Shown: piece by piece, positions 35,886 through 45,621 of the stretch
Layout: every line of letters begins with the position of its first letter
Numbering within the stretch: the first letter of the stretch is position 1
IMG/VR virus record: IMGVR_UViG_3300045988_129382
Span: 96,001-160,000 of that record
Reading direction: 5' to 3' (one strand)
DNA length: 64,000 bases
DNA from: a virus
Program-made: the position numbers and the translations under genes
Notes under the pieces: generated by a model
Seen by the model: the letters and a program-made list of their open reading frames with translations, nothing else
Database searches by the model: none
Told to the model about the DNA's origin: nothing

Positions 35886-36785
35886 ATGTCAAATTATAGT
35901 ACAATTATAGAATCATTAGTGAGTACAAGGGTTAATGAGGGAACATTGTTACGTGATTATAAAGGTATCATTAGTCAGTTAAAGAAAGCATTATTATCTA
36001 AGAGTACAGATGTTGTACCTTATGATGCTAATAGGTTATATCTTTCACTAGATTGTGGTTGGTATGGGACTGTTGAGTTATTACCTGTGTATAGCATTGA
36101 TACATTACATGAAAGAGAAGATAATAAAGGTCACATTTTTATTTATGCTGATATGAAAGATGTTATCAAAACAGATACTATTTCACATTACTTAGTTAAT
36201 GGCAAAAAGGTTTCTACTGTTGATGAGATTCTTGTTTATTTGTTAAAGCTGACAGTTAAGGCATTAGATGATAAAGCGTCATGGTATAATGATGATTATA
36301 ATTTAAATGAATTAAAAAGTTTCTTATCGAATACATTTGGATATACATTTACTACTATGTCTGATTTAAAGAAAGATTTGTTAGATAGTAGTGGTGTGTT
36401 ATATAAGACTTATAAATCTGAACTGGAGAAGTATCTGCCTGTTATGATTAATAAGTATACCAAATGTTTAAAAGGGTTAAAAATTAATAGCAATAAGTCA
36501 GTAGATATGACAAAAGATACAATTAGTATTTGTTGTATTGATACTAAGAAGAATATGATTTATATGAGTCGTGCGTCCTCTAATAATGAGCGTTATATTG
36601 TAAATCCTAAGAAGAAAGATTGGAATGGGTACACATTTGATTTTGCACTTGATGATGTTAATAATGCTATTGCAAAATACAAAACATTAGATTGCATAGG
36701 TGGTTTTTCATTTGATTTCTCTGGTCATGCTGAGGGAGACGTTATTCATAATGGTCATAGAGTGCTTAGGTATCAAGTATTATAA
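35886..36785 (+). CDS. leader-bearing paralogue family, group A member
   Basis: N-terminus STIIESLVSTRVNEGTLLRDYK. C-terminus NSNKSVDMTKDTISICCIDTKKNMIYMSR...NPKKKDWNGYTF nearly identical to 37234..38157. Confidence 0.75.
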   Translation: MSNYSTIIESLVSTRVNEGTLLRDYKGIISQLKKALLSKSTDVVPYDANRLYLSLDCGWYGTVELLPVYSIDTLHEREDNKGHIFIYADMKDVIKTDTISHYLVNGKKVSTVDEILVYLLKLTVKALDDKASWYNDDYNLNELKSFLSNTFGYTFTTMSDLKKDLLDSSGVLYKTYKSELEKYLPVMINKYTKCLKGLKINSNKSVDMTKDTISICCIDTKKNMIYMSRASSNNERYIVNPKKKDWNGYTFDFALDDVNNAIAKYKTLDCIGGFSFDFSGHAEGDVIHNGHRVLRYQVL

Positions 36786-36821
36786 TTGGTGATATTATAT
36801 TTGTTAGAGTGGTAATAGTTT

Positions 36822-37223
36822 ATGAGTACTTTATATCTTGATGATGAGATGATGGATTATAAAGATATATTCCTACAGGCTATTCAAGATATAGAAGACT
36901 TGGGGTATAGATTTAAACCAATATTATTAATACATACTTATATGGGACGTAGCAAGAAGATATTAGGTGTTACGTATTGGTATCATGACGATACTTGCTT
37001 GATAGAGTTTTCTGTAAATAATCATAATGTTCATGTATATGATTATGGGACTCATAGAATTACAAGTGATAGGTTAGACATACGCACGATTTATCATGAG
37101 TTGGCACATGCAACTATGGAGTGTCATTTTAAAGGTCATGGTAAGGAATTTAGGGAATTAAGAAATAAGATATTAGAAACATATAAGATAGATATAGGTG
37201 GTGCTATATCTGATTATAATTAG
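36822..37223 (+). CDS. SprT-like zinc metallopeptidase (HExxH)
   Basis: IYHELAHATMECHFKGHGKEFRELRNKI: HELAH plus downstream His, at SprT/WLM-like size (133 aa). Confidence 0.55.
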   Translation: MSTLYLDDEMMDYKDIFLQAIQDIEDLGYRFKPILLIHTYMGRSKKILGVTYWYHDDTCLIEFSVNNHNVHVYDYGTHRITSDRLDIRTIYHELAHATMECHFKGHGKEFRELRNKILETYKIDIGGAISDYN

Positions 37224-37233
37224 GTGATAAGAT

Positions 37234-38157
37234 ATGGGATATTTTAATATTATTGAATCCTTATCAGATACAAGGAACAATAAAGAGGTAGTTAATGAGG
37301 CTACTAGTATTTTACTAGATTATAAATCTGTATTCTCACAATTAGAAAAAGCATTATTATCTTGTAAAGATACTACATTACATGGTGATTGGACTTTTCT
37401 ATTATATCTGTGTGTTGGTAGTATGACACATGTGAGGGTTCTACCTGTATTTGATGTATCTAAATTACATCAAAAGGAGGACACTAAAAAAGGAAGAGGA
37501 TTTATTTATTTAGATATTAATGATGTATTTAAAGCAGATAATGTAGTATACTATTATATTGAAGATACAAATAATAAATATTCTGCTAAAGATGTAGCTG
37601 ACTTCATGATTAATGGTTTGGCTGACACTTTGAAACGTGAAGAGTTATTTATTATGGATGACGAGAGGTATACTGAAAAGTTTAAAAATGACTTTAGAGA
37701 TATTTTAGGGGTTGAGGTAGAAACAATCGATGATGCTATTAAGGTAATTAAGAGTGGTTCTGCATATAAGAAGTTATCTGATTTAATCATTAAAGGGTTA
37801 GATATTGCATTAAAAGAATATGTATCTAATATAAAAGGGTTAGTACCTAACAGTAATAAATCGGTAGATATGACAAATGATACAATTAGTATTTGTTGTG
37901 TAGATACTAAAAAGAGTATGATTTATATGAGTAGGTTCCCTGGCAACGATAGATTTATTATAAATCCTAAGAAGAAAGATTGGAATGGGTATACATTTAC
38001 ATTTGAGTTAGATAAAGTACAGGATGCTGTGTCTAAGTTTAAATCGTTAGAATGTTTTACTGCTGTTGATATTATTCCAAAATCTCGTAAGAAGAGTAAG
38101 ATTAAAGATAATGATAGTGGTCGTGAGGTATTATCCTATATTATTTATGGTGGTTAG
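37234..38157 (+). CDS. leader-bearing paralogue family, group A member
   Basis: MGYFNIIESLSDTRNNKE...LLDYK; shares its C-terminal block with 35886. Confidence 0.75.
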   Translation: MGYFNIIESLSDTRNNKEVVNEATSILLDYKSVFSQLEKALLSCKDTTLHGDWTFLLYLCVGSMTHVRVLPVFDVSKLHQKEDTKKGRGFIYLDINDVFKADNVVYYYIEDTNNKYSAKDVADFMINGLADTLKREELFIMDDERYTEKFKNDFRDILGVEVETIDDAIKVIKSGSAYKKLSDLIIKGLDIALKEYVSNIKGLVPNSNKSVDMTNDTISICCVDTKKSMIYMSRFPGNDRFIINPKKKDWNGYTFTFELDKVQDAVSKFKSLECFTAVDIIPKSRKKSKIKDNDSGREVLSYIIYGG

Positions 38158-38159
38158 TT

Positions 38160-39065
38160 ATGGGATATTCAAATGTCATAGACTCCTTAGTAGATAATCG
38201 CTCAGGTATTAATGAGAGTGGTTTACTAAGGGATAATAAACAGATATTACGTAAGATAGAAAAACAATTACATTTCTTTAAAGAGGCATTTCTTATTGGT
38301 GGTGTAAGTAATAACTTATTCTTTATAGATTGGTTTATTAATAATCGCAGAAAGTATAGTGGTTATTTTGGGTTACGATTACGTATATCAGATACTATGT
38401 ATAAGTGGGTAGAAGATGAAAACAGCTTATATTATTGTATAGATTTAAATGCATTACTATCGTATAATAACATTAAGTACTTTATTTTAGGTGGTAAGTT
38501 AGAGGATTCTTTATATACTGCATTAGAAGATGACATTGAGTCTTTTTGTGATATATTATTTGATAATGGTAGTGGTCTGTCATTAGAAGAGTTAGTATCA
38601 TTTATTAATGGTGTTGGCATTCCTTGTACATATAATAGTTGGAAGGCCGCACGGAATGATATAATGACTAAGAATAAGTTAATTGGTGTACTCACACGGA
38701 TGATGAATACTAAGTTACCAGAATATATCAATGATTGTCTTAGTGTAGATAATGCGTATGTTAGATTACTTAATGGTAGTAAAGATAACTTATTTTATAA
38801 GAATGGGCATGTGGCTGTCGCTAGGGTAGATATTAAAGAAGATAGGGTTGTATTCCCTCATTATGGTAATTTAGAGATATGCTCAATACATGGAAGTGCT
38901 AAAAAAGAGCGTGTTGTTTATCATACAATTAGCGATGTAGTGGATAAAGGATATACTAGCAATAGTGGTTCTGATTTAGTGTTACCTATACTGTCTAAAG
39001 ACAAGTTTAGAATAAATTTATCTGATGATAAGAAGTCATGGGTAGAGACTAGATATCCTAGATAA
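38160..39065 (+). CDS. leader-bearing paralogue family, group A member
   Basis: MGYSNVIDSLVDNRSGINESGLLRDNKQIL; YKWVEDENSLYYCIDLNALLSYNN shared with 39085 and 39883. Confidence 0.75.
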   Translation: MGYSNVIDSLVDNRSGINESGLLRDNKQILRKIEKQLHFFKEAFLIGGVSNNLFFIDWFINNRRKYSGYFGLRLRISDTMYKWVEDENSLYYCIDLNALLSYNNIKYFILGGKLEDSLYTALEDDIESFCDILFDNGSGLSLEELVSFINGVGIPCTYNSWKAARNDIMTKNKLIGVLTRMMNTKLPEYINDCLSVDNAYVRLLNGSKDNLFYKNGHVAVARVDIKEDRVVFPHYGNLEICSIHGSAKKERVVYHTISDVVDKGYTSNSGSDLVLPILSKDKFRINLSDDKKSWVETRYPR

Positions 39066-39084
39066 GAGTGATTGAGGTGATGAT

Positions 39085-39879
39085 ATGAGTAGATTAATAC
39101 GTGATAATAAGAATATACTCAATTTTTTAGTTAAGAAGGCATATCCATATCAAGATGTTGTGACGACTAGGGTTGGTGTTCACTACTATATAAAGGAAGA
39201 ATCTTCTTGTTTTAGGGAAGCATACTTATTACATCTAAATACTGCTAAGGACATGTATACATGGGTAGAAGATAAGCATAACTTATTTTATTGTGTCGAT
39301 ATTAATAAGTTGATGAGATATAATAATTTACGTTGGATTGGTCTTATGGGTACTACTAGGTTTGATTCAGTTGGTATTAGTGGTGAGTTACTTAGAAATA
39401 CTATGAATAGTATTACAAGTTCACTTAATATCACTAACTTAGAGGCTATCAATCGGATGTTACATTTCTATGGCATTACTGATATGGATTATGAATCTAC
39501 GCAGTGGTTTATTAATGATACACATGTATACAAAGCATTTATGACAAAACTAGAGGAAGAGGTTGTTATAAAGTCTGAGAAAGCAATACAGAATTTCTTT
39601 GATGGTGTTATACTGAATAATACTATTAAGAGTAGGTTATTTAATAATACTAAGTTACCTTTGTTGCGATATGATACTAAATCACAGAAGATATACGTAC
39701 CTAATCGTGGAGATATTGTGTTTGTTGACTTTATGTCTAGGACAGGTGATGGAAAAGATGGTAGGGATATCTTTTCTGTAGATGACTTTTTAAGTGGTAG
39801 AATCAATTTAAAATATAATGACTTGTTACATATAGTAACTATTAATGATTATGATATACCATTAGGTGGTGCTTTTTAA
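39085..39879 (+). CDS. paralogue family, group A, leaderless (starts at LIRDNK)
   Basis: MSRLIRDNKNILNFL; YTWVEDKHNLFYCVDINKLMRYNN; KLPLLRYDTKSQKIYVP. Confidence 0.75.
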   Translation: MSRLIRDNKNILNFLVKKAYPYQDVVTTRVGVHYYIKEESSCFREAYLLHLNTAKDMYTWVEDKHNLFYCVDINKLMRYNNLRWIGLMGTTRFDSVGISGELLRNTMNSITSSLNITNLEAINRMLHFYGITDMDYESTQWFINDTHVYKAFMTKLEEEVVIKSEKAIQNFFDGVILNNTIKSRLFNNTKLPLLRYDTKSQKIYVPNRGDIVFVDFMSRTGDGKDGRDIFSVDDFLSGRINLKYNDLLHIVTINDYDIPLGGAF

Positions 39880-39882
39880 TAT

Positions 39883-40722
39883 ATGAAGAGTTTAATGCGT
39901 GATAATAAAAGCATATTGAATTACTTGTATAATAAAGTATATCCTTATCGGAGAGATGTTATTGTTTCTGTTAGGGTTAAGTACTGCTTAGGTGATAAAC
40001 TTATTTCTACTAGTGACTATCATATTGGTATTAAAGCTACTGAAGATATGTACTCATGGGTAGAAAGTGGTAAGAACTTATTATATTGTTTAGATACTAG
40101 TAAATTAGAATATTATAATGTAATATTCTATGGCTTATCTCATAAAGAAGATTGCAATTCCGATGTGTTTAGTGATGATTTATTTGATGATGCCTATAGC
40201 AATATATTAAAAGCACTTAACAGAAAATATGTTGGTGGTCAAAATATCGATAGTCCTTTGGATATATTACATAGATTATTAGATAGTTATAGTATTAATA
40301 TGAGGTATGGTTCTGTACAGGAATTTATCAATGATGGTACTACTAGTCAAATACTTAAACATTGTATGAGGGAACATATTATTGGAGATATTGTATCTTC
40401 TATTTTGCGTACATTACAAAATGTTGAGTTTATATCATCTATTGATAAAATGATGATAGATACATTTAAATTACCATTATTACGCTATGATGCTATATCT
40501 CAGTATGTGTATATTCCATATTATTCCTACATATACATTGTACGGCTTATGTCATACAAAGGTAGTGGTAAGGATTATAGAAATATTGTATCGGTATCAG
40601 ATATAGTAAATAATACAATTCCAACTAGTGTAAATCATAACATTAAGCATTTAGATAAAAACATGAGATTAATTTTAAGTAGTAAATGTGTTTGTAATAT
40701 AGATATTGAAGGTAATTATTGA
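39883..40722 (+). CDS. paralogue family, group A, leaderless
   Basis: MKSLMRDNKSILNYL; YSWVESGKNLLYCLDTSKLEYYN; KLPLLRYDAISQYVYIP. Confidence 0.75.
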   Translation: MKSLMRDNKSILNYLYNKVYPYRRDVIVSVRVKYCLGDKLISTSDYHIGIKATEDMYSWVESGKNLLYCLDTSKLEYYNVIFYGLSHKEDCNSDVFSDDLFDDAYSNILKALNRKYVGGQNIDSPLDILHRLLDSYSINMRYGSVQEFINDGTTSQILKHCMREHIIGDIVSSILRTLQNVEFISSIDKMMIDTFKLPLLRYDAISQYVYIPYYSYIYIVRLMSYKGSGKDYRNIVSVSDIVNNTIPTSVNHNIKHLDKNMRLILSSKCVCNIDIEGNY

Positions 40723-40735
40723 GGGTGGTGATTAG

Positions 40736-41563
40736 TTGGCTAAGAATGTGTTACGAGATAATAAAGCAATAGTAAAACGTATTATAAAGGGTTATAGAGA
40801 TTCTGCTGATAACTTAGACTCTTATGTATTTGTAAGGTTCTTGGATAGTGGTTGTATACTTAACTTTGAGTATAAGGGCTATAAATATTCCTATGTTATT
40901 AATGGTCTTTCTCTTGATACAGATTCAGAAGATATCAAGGTAGTAGAGTATAAGGGAAAAGGGATTATTTGTTTAGATACAAATAATATATTTAAACTTA
41001 GTAGATTAAGAGACGATGGAATTCTTATGTATCCTAATAATATTTCTGTGAGTGGTTTGTTGCATAATATGGCTAATCTTGTGTACAAAGATTTACTTAA
41101 CAGATTTTCTAAGTTTGGGTTACTTGAAGATTTAATGTCATTTTATACGTCTAAGTATGGTGTATTTTGTGATGATTTAGATACATTTAGTAAGTTGTTT
41201 GTTAAGCATAACAAAGAAGCTTTTACATCTATGTTGGGTGATTTATGTTCAGAATTATCTATTGATAAGAACTATTATAGGTTAGCTAGAACTGTGTATG
41301 CTGAAAATGGGTTATTAGGTTTGTGCTGTATGGATTTTGAGACTGATACACTCACTCATGCTATTGATTTCAGAAATAATGTAGAGGATTTAGATATACT
41401 CACAAAGTCAATTACTAATAATAAGATAATGTTTAAGAGTATTAGAGATTGTGTTACTAATCGTAAAGTTTTAAATCAATGTATTGGTTTTGTTTTGTCT
41501 TATAAGGGTAGTGGAAAGACCTACTCTTATGATAAGAGTTCTATGATTGAGTTGGTATGTTAG
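40736..41563 (+). CDS. paralogue family, group A, leaderless
   Basis: AKNVLRDNKAIVKRI; GIICLDTNNIFKLSRLRDDG shared with 41565. TTG start. Confidence 0.7.
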   Translation: MAKNVLRDNKAIVKRIIKGYRDSADNLDSYVFVRFLDSGCILNFEYKGYKYSYVINGLSLDTDSEDIKVVEYKGKGIICLDTNNIFKLSRLRDDGILMYPNNISVSGLLHNMANLVYKDLLNRFSKFGLLEDLMSFYTSKYGVFCDDLDTFSKLFVKHNKEAFTSMLGDLCSELSIDKNYYRLARTVYAENGLLGLCCMDFETDTLTHAIDFRNNVEDLDILTKSITNNKIMFKSIRDCVTNRKVLNQCIGFVLSYKGSGKTYSYDKSSMIELVC

Positions 41564-41564
41564 C

Positions 41565-42380
41565 ATGGGGAATGTATTACGAGATAATAAAACCATATTA
41601 AATAAGACTGTTAATATATTTAGTAGTGCTATGAGTCATCGTATGTCATGTATTGAGGTTTCATTCAATGGTACGATTACATTCATATATAAACAGTTCA
41701 ATTATAGTTTCAGGTTACAGGGTGTAAGGCTTAAAATCAATCCTGAGGATGTAAAACTAATAAATTATAGAGATAAAGCAGTTATTTGTTTAGATACAAA
41801 TAACATATTCAATTATAGTAGGCTTAAAGAAGAGGGTTTGTATTATAATGGTATAGCTGGTTTTATGTCAATACAGAGTGTACTAAAGAATATGGGTAAT
41901 ATTGTGTGGAATACCATGTATAAGACACATACGGATTTATTTAAAGAGTATTGTAGTAAATTATCTGAAGTGTGTGGTGGTTCTTGTGGTGATTTAGACT
42001 CATTCTTGAAGTTATTTATTAAATTTAACTATCCTAATATGGTGTCTGTGTTACAGGATTATATCAGTACACTTAGTGTGGATAACTATGTTGCTAGGGT
42101 ATCTAAGACAATGTACGTTCAAGATGGGTTGATTGGTGTATGTTGTTTTAACTTTAAGGATAACTTAGTGACATTTCCTTATTACGGCAAGACTTCATTA
42201 TCTGGTTTACAGGTGTTTACTACATCAACAAATCAACGTGATATGAAATTACTGAATATTTCAAGCATATTGTCTAATAAAAACAAAATTGATGTTGTGT
42301 TTCTTAAATTAAATCTGAGGATTAGTAATAATTCTCAATTCATGTCTGATGATGGTATGATTAAGTTAGGTGTTGATTAA
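41565..42380 (+). CDS. paralogue family, group A, leaderless
   Basis: MGNVLRDNKTILNKT; AVICLDTNNIFNYSRLKEEG. ATG 41565 preferred over track start 41547. Confidence 0.7.
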   Translation: MGNVLRDNKTILNKTVNIFSSAMSHRMSCIEVSFNGTITFIYKQFNYSFRLQGVRLKINPEDVKLINYRDKAVICLDTNNIFNYSRLKEEGLYYNGIAGFMSIQSVLKNMGNIVWNTMYKTHTDLFKEYCSKLSEVCGGSCGDLDSFLKLFIKFNYPNMVSVLQDYISTLSVDNYVARVSKTMYVQDGLIGVCCFNFKDNLVTFPYYGKTSLSGLQVFTTSTNQRDMKLLNISSILSNKNKIDVVFLKLNLRISNNSQFMSDDGMIKLGVD

Positions 42381-43246
42381 TGAGTGCATTACGAGATAAT
42401 AGAATATTAATACATAATGTGTATAAGTACATCAGAAATAGGGGTATGGCTCACATTCGTATTGGTGGTAAATCTAATACAGTACCTATGGTGATACGTT
42501 CTAAGCATAATCGTACTGGTACAATATTTGATGTAAAAGGGTTATCTGTTGCATTAAATCTTAGTCATTGTGTTATTAAAGAGAATGGAGATATTGTATC
42601 AATAGGTATTGATAGTCAAGATAGAGATGCGTGTTATTTAGACTTGTGGGGATATGGTTATACACTTAAAAACTTTATGTTTAATCGGTTATTTACAGTT
42701 GACGTAGCTTCTAATCAACAACTGTATAATGAGTTTACTTATAAGTTTACATCTGATTATTCTTTTAATGTTGATAATGGGATTACATCTCTTAGTAAGT
42801 TACAGGATTATATAGGGGCATCTATCGATACTTCTACATGGAAAAAGGTTTCTCATAATCGAAGAATAAGTCTTGTAGATGTAGGGAAGATAGTAGACTC
42901 TATTAAGAGTAGTAGGTATTGCTATAATTTATCTGCTACTACTGAATTTCTCGTTGAGAGATTAGAGGACTTTTTCTTTGATAATTTAATATCCTTTAAA
43001 GATAATAATGGTTTTAATAGGAAAGCTAATTTTACAGATTTTATACCGATTGTGTCATTCGATTTCTCTAAGAGTGGTAAAGTTAAATTTTATAGTTCTA
43101 GTGGTTATATTATCGATAAGACTATTTCAGATATTGAAATTAAAGATTTATACAGTGCCATTGTAACTGAGAAGATGTTTGATAGTGTTAAGATATCTAA
43201 AAATGAGTTTAACTATGAGCAGTTTACGCTCATAATTGGTAAGTAG
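42380..43246 (+). CDS. paralogue family, group A, leaderless, divergent
   Basis: MSALRDNRILIHNV; the rest is divergent. Confidence 0.65.
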   Translation: MSALRDNRILIHNVYKYIRNRGMAHIRIGGKSNTVPMVIRSKHNRTGTIFDVKGLSVALNLSHCVIKENGDIVSIGIDSQDRDACYLDLWGYGYTLKNFMFNRLFTVDVASNQQLYNEFTYKFTSDYSFNVDNGITSLSKLQDYIGASIDTSTWKKVSHNRRISLVDVGKIVDSIKSSRYCYNLSATTEFLVERLEDFFFDNLISFKDNNGFNRKANFTDFIPIVSFDFSKSGKVKFYSSSGYIIDKTISDIEIKDLYSAIVTEKMFDSVKISKNEFNYEQFTLIIGK

Positions 43247-43301
43247 TATTGTTGTACTGTATGTATGATGTATAATATATAATAGTATAATGTTTCTGTT
43301 A

Positions 43302-43338
43302 ATAGCACATTCTATATAGGTAGAGTGTGCTATTTTGT
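43302..43338 (+). terminator. terminator-like hairpin between the two halves of the array
   Basis: 10-bp stem atagcacatt/agtgtgctat followed by tattttgtt. Lies downstream of a TTGTTG-16-TATAAT candidate promoter (43249-43276). Confidence 0.6.
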
Positions 43339-43361
43339 TATAGTTAAAGGGGTAGAGTATA

Positions 43362-44132
43362 GTGGCTACGATTCAAGAGCGTGTGGAAAGTATTATTGAA
43401 TCATTACATATTAGAGAGGGTATGATTCAAACTGCTAAGGCACAGAAGAGTGTTTTAGATTTTAAACCTAAGTTTGTTATGGCTGATGGTAGTGAAAAGA
43501 AGACAGATAAGGCTCCAGCTAAGGTTTTGGATGGTGTTAATAAAAACATTAAAGAGGGTTCTTTTAGTTATGGTACATATTATGGTATCTTTGATAAATA
43601 TGTTGTTTTTGCATATAAAGATAGTCATAACTTAATGTATCAAGAGGGGTATGTGTATAAATTCAAGACTGAAGAGGATGCTAAGGATTTCTATGATGGT
43701 GGTATTGATAGGGGTAGTCTTAGAATCATTAAAGGTACTACTGTTGTTGCACCATGTTTGTACTCATTGAAAGATAAGAAGTTCATGTCTATTCGTGATG
43801 CAGTTGAAGAGTTAGCAAATGGGTATGTACGAGATGCACTATCTTCTTTGGATAAATATATTGACACAAATGCAATTCCTTTTGATGTTGAAGACGTAAC
43901 ATATAAGTATAGTGTTATGAGTGCTGATAAGCTTAAATTATACAAACGTGGGTATAACTGTAGTCTAGATGTTGAGATTAAATTGAAAGATTCTAAATAT
44001 CCTGATAAAGATACATTTAAGATGTTATCTAGTTCTGTAGATAGGTATGTTAATATGGGTGCGATTACAGGTTTATTTAATGGTACTGAGCATAGAGATT
44101 ATATTACTGTGTATAGCTATTTGTGTAATTAG
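43362..44132 (+). CDS. leader-bearing paralogue family, group B, divergent first member
   Basis: MATIQERVESIIESLHIREGMIQTAK. GTG start after aaagggg. Confidence 0.65.
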   Translation: MATIQERVESIIESLHIREGMIQTAKAQKSVLDFKPKFVMADGSEKKTDKAPAKVLDGVNKNIKEGSFSYGTYYGIFDKYVVFAYKDSHNLMYQEGYVYKFKTEEDAKDFYDGGIDRGSLRIIKGTTVVAPCLYSLKDKKFMSIRDAVEELANGYVRDALSSLDKYIDTNAIPFDVEDVTYKYSVMSADKLKLYKRGYNCSLDVEIKLKDSKYPDKDTFKMLSSSVDRYVNMGAITGLFNGTEHRDYITVYSYLCN

Positions 44133-44139
44133 GTGATAT

Positions 44140-44883
44140 ATGAATAAAAGAAATAGTATATTAGAGAGTTTATCTGAGGGTATGTTAACAACCGCAGTTG
44201 CTAAGGGAAAAGGTGATGTAACAGATTTCTTTAATGACTTGTTGAAGGGAAAAGTTCCTAAAGATGTTAATGTAGAAAGTAATATCACTAGGGTATATGA
44301 AACAGATAGTAGAGCAATTAAAGTCTATAAATCTAAGATTATTAAGTCTAAGACTGCTAAGAATTTAACCTTTAATGAATTACCTAATGGGTATGTAAGT
44401 GTGGTATTTAATGATTTAACAGTTAAACGTGCAATGGTCATTCATATTGATATGGATTTAGAAGATTTCATTGATGATGCATTAACCTTTGATACAGAGT
44501 ATGTGTTCTTTATGGCTGATATTGATAGTAAGTATACTGTGTTAGCTGATGTGGTGTATGATGATGTACAAAATAGATTATGTCTAACAGATGAAGAAGT
44601 TATTAAAGTATTTTCACGTAAATACTTTAATATTAACAATGGGACTAAGTTTACTAGGTGGTTTATCTCATCAAATTTAGACTCTATGATTTCTAATATT
44701 GGTGGTGGTTTGATTATGCATCCATCTGGTAAGGCTTGGCTAATGCATATGAGTGCTGATGTTACAGATATCAATCGTTTTTCTGCATATGTAGATTTAT
44801 TCCCTGCATTATCTTCTGATTTTCATAGTACATGTGCTGTGAGTGGTGATACAGCATTGTTTCAGTTAAGGATTAAAGATTAA
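44140..44883 (+). CDS. leader-bearing paralogue family, group B
   Basis: MNKRNSILESLSEGMLTTAV. Confidence 0.75.
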   Translation: MNKRNSILESLSEGMLTTAVAKGKGDVTDFFNDLLKGKVPKDVNVESNITRVYETDSRAIKVYKSKIIKSKTAKNLTFNELPNGYVSVVFNDLTVKRAMVIHIDMDLEDFIDDALTFDTEYVFFMADIDSKYTVLADVVYDDVQNRLCLTDEEVIKVFSRKYFNINNGTKFTRWFISSNLDSMISNIGGGLIMHPSGKAWLMHMSADVTDINRFSAYVDLFPALSSDFHSTCAVSGDTALFQLRIKD

Positions 44884-44884
44884 T

Positions 44885-45613
44885 ATGAGTAAACGTAACA
44901 GTATATTAGATACTCTTTCTGAAGGGATGTTGACCACTATTAAAACAAATAAAGGTGGTATATTCGCTGAGATTAGTAAGGGAAAGATTGATACTAAATT
45001 TAATAGAGTTGTAACAGGTAATATGATATATGATACTGTTGCTGAGATAGTATTAAGACGTAGAGAGATATCATCTAGGGTAGTAGATAATAAAACATTC
45101 TGTGATTATGGTGATGGGTATATTCTAGTTGTATTTCACAAGCTAACTATAGCTAGGGGTGTACTATTAAAAACAGATTTTAATTCAAGGCATTTAGAGA
45201 ATACGATATCCAAAGTATCATTATTACCTAAAGACTATCAGAGTTTTACTGCTAAAGTTGATAGAGTGTTTAGGGTTTCAGCGAATGTGATGTATGATAC
45301 ATATAATCGTAGGGTATGTCTTAGTACTGGTCATTGTATAAAGACATTCTTTAGTGCATGGTTTAAGATAAATACTACAGCAGATTTTAGAAAGTATTTA
45401 GTGAATGATACTAGATTGATGTCTTGTATTAAGGTCGATAGTGTATCGATTGGTGATGCTAGGGGAATGGATTGGGTATTATCTTTTGGTTTTGATATTG
45501 TAGATATAGAACGATTTAACGAGATTAAGTCTTATCTTAGTGATAAAGTAGATAATATGTCATGCTATGAGGACATCAATGATAAGGTTGCTGTTGATTT
45601 TTATATTATTTAG
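44885..45613 (+). CDS. leader-bearing paralogue family, group B
   Basis: MSKRNSILDTLSEGMLTTIK. Confidence 0.75.
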   Translation: MSKRNSILDTLSEGMLTTIKTNKGGIFAEISKGKIDTKFNRVVTGNMIYDTVAEIVLRRREISSRVVDNKTFCDYGDGYILVVFHKLTIARGVLLKTDFNSRHLENTISKVSLLPKDYQSFTAKVDRVFRVSANVMYDTYNRRVCLSTGHCIKTFFSAWFKINTTADFRKYLVNDTRLMSCIKVDSVSIGDARGMDWVLSFGFDIVDIERFNEIKSYLSDKVDNMSCYEDINDKVAVDFYII

Positions 45614-45621
45614 AGGGTTAT

